Source of the DNA: Myxococcota bacterium
GTDB taxonomy: Bacteria > Myxococcota_A > Polyangia > Polyangiales > Sandaracinaceae
Direction of reading: 5' to 3'
DNA: 16,364 nt
NCBI GenBank assembly: GCA_036149055.1
Contig: JAYZQJ010000094.1
Location: forward strand, 1 to 16,364
Under the pieces are notes generated by a model. It did no database searches and had not been told where the DNA came from. It was given only the letters and a program-made list of their open reading frames with translations. Each line of letters begins with the position of its first letter. The first letter of the stretch is position 1. Shown piece by piece: positions 15,543 through 16,364 of the stretch. The position numbers were made by a program, and so were the translations under genes.

Positions 15543-15761
15543 TCAGTCCTCGAGGAGCCGGAACGATCGGATCCGCGCCGCCTGCCCGAGCATGCCGATC
15601 GACACCTCGACCGGCCGCTCCTCGTCGACCTCGATCTCGGCGCGAGCGCCATTCTGCTTGAGCCCCTCCGGGGGATCGATGAGCTCGACCTGCGTGCCGT
15701 CGTCGGTGATGAGCGCCCAGACGCCTCCCTCGATGCCGATCTTTCGGATGGTGCCTTCCAT
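15543..15761 (-). CDS. Small beta-rich protein, DUF5818-like (possible OB fold)
   Basis: AGGAG RBS before ATG 15761. Sequence MEGTIRKIGIEGGVWALITDDGTQVEL...SIGMLG (72 aa) is the C-terminal part of track ORF 15543..16319. Confidence 0.75.
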   Translation of the reverse strand: MEGTIRKIGIEGGVWALITDDGTQVELIDPPEGLKQNGARAEIEVDEERPVEVSIGMLGQAARIRSFRLLED

Positions 15762-15798
15762 GCGCTCCTGCCGTTCCGGTCCGGGGGAGACGACGCGC

Positions 15799-15828
15799 TT
15801 GACAGAGCGGCCACCGTCTCCCGATTCT
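15799..15828 (+). promoter_or_regulatory. Putative sigma70-type promoter for the YbjN-like gene
   Basis: Perfect TTGACA (15799-15804), 18 nt, GATTCT (15823-15828), just before ATGATG at 15834. Confidence 0.6.
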
Positions 15829-15833
15829 CTCGC

Positions 15834-16223
15834 ATGATGGACGAGGCGGAGCTCGCGCGCACGCTCGATCGGATCGGGTGGGGGGCCAAGCCCTACGGGG
15901 ACAACACCTTCAAGGTCAATCACGAGACCGGGGAGGGGCCGCTCACGGTCTACGTCCGCCTCACGGACAACTGGCTCATCGCGTCGGTCGTCCCCTTCCT
16001 CACCACCCGCGGCGACAATTCGTTCGAGCTCGCGCGCTGGCTGCTCCGGATGAACCGGGACATGTACCAGTGCAAGTTCGCCTACGACGAGGACGGCGAC
16101 GTGGTGCTGACCGTCGAGCTTCCGACGGAGTCCTTGGACTTCGGTGAGATCGCCTCCGCGCTCGAGAGCCTGCTCGAGCACGCCGTGCAGCACCGCAGCA
16201 CCCTGCGCGAAGCCGCGAGCTGA
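15834..16223 (+). CDS. YbjN / type III secretion chaperone (CesT)-like protein
   Basis: 129-aa acidic protein with LARWLLRMN....CKFAYDEDGDVVL.VELP.ESLD..E, typical of this fold. Confidence 0.82.
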   Translation: MMDEAELARTLDRIGWGAKPYGDNTFKVNHETGEGPLTVYVRLTDNWLIASVVPFLTTRGDNSFELARWLLRMNRDMYQCKFAYDEDGDVVLTVELPTESLDFGEIASALESLLEHAVQHRSTLREAAS

Positions 16224-16364
16224 GCCCCCCTCCGCGCCGGCGGCCGCCACCCCCGGGCCCGCCACCTCCGCCAGATCGGCCGCGTAAGTACGCGGAATCA
16301 CATGAGCGGGGTCCGGCACGGGCGATGAAACGGGTGGCGGCGTGTCCGACCCCGCCGTCCAGGT

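Noticed and set aside
133..15889. Many other antisense or off-frame ORFs (e.g. 741..1967, 944..2194, 5769..7364, 8247..9800, 13449..14495)
   Set aside because: Stop codons are scarce at this GC content. These ORFs show no motifs and overlap well-supported genes.
15834..16223. Type III secretion locus
   Set aside because: YbjN/CesT-fold genes often stand alone, and no T3SS structural gene is in the window.
1..16364. CRISPR array, IS element, prophage, tRNA/rRNA or defence system
   Set aside because: No regularly spaced repeats, transposase, integrase or RNA-gene signature seen. Intergenic gaps are short and composition looks uniform.

Overview
GC-rich bacterial DNA, densely coding, very probably from a myxobacterium (Myxococcota). 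The evidence is a MYXO-CTERM-like sorting tail, a DUF2330-like protein, a PilZ protein and a split ccm locus. I support about 19 real CDSs; most long ORFs in the track are high-GC shadow frames. Gene order: PilZ protein (-), rarA (+), a minus-strand run (hypothetical, START/SRPBCC-like, ArsA/Get3-family ATPase, DUF2330 + MYXO-CTERM), POT-type MFS transporter, orphan PhnD-like binding protein, SLC13/RCK_C permease, a lipoprotein with a sigma54-like promoter, a small membrane protein and an Rsm22/METTL17-like methyltransferase (-). A tightly coupled plus-strand operon follows: ccmC, ccmD-like, a 41-aa small membrane protein missing from the ORF track, a signal-peptide-bearing Fam20C/Four-jointed-like kinase, a membrane-anchored protein and a sensorless His kinase with a degenerate G2 box. 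The window ends with a small DUF5818-like gene (-) and a YbjN-like gene (+). I saw no RNA genes, mobile elements or CRISPR arrays. The best candidate for a new system is the ccmCD-linked secreted-kinase/His-kinase operon. Also notable are a palindromic bidirectional -10 element and several apparently leaderless genes. All family calls come from motifs recognised by eye, not from database searches.
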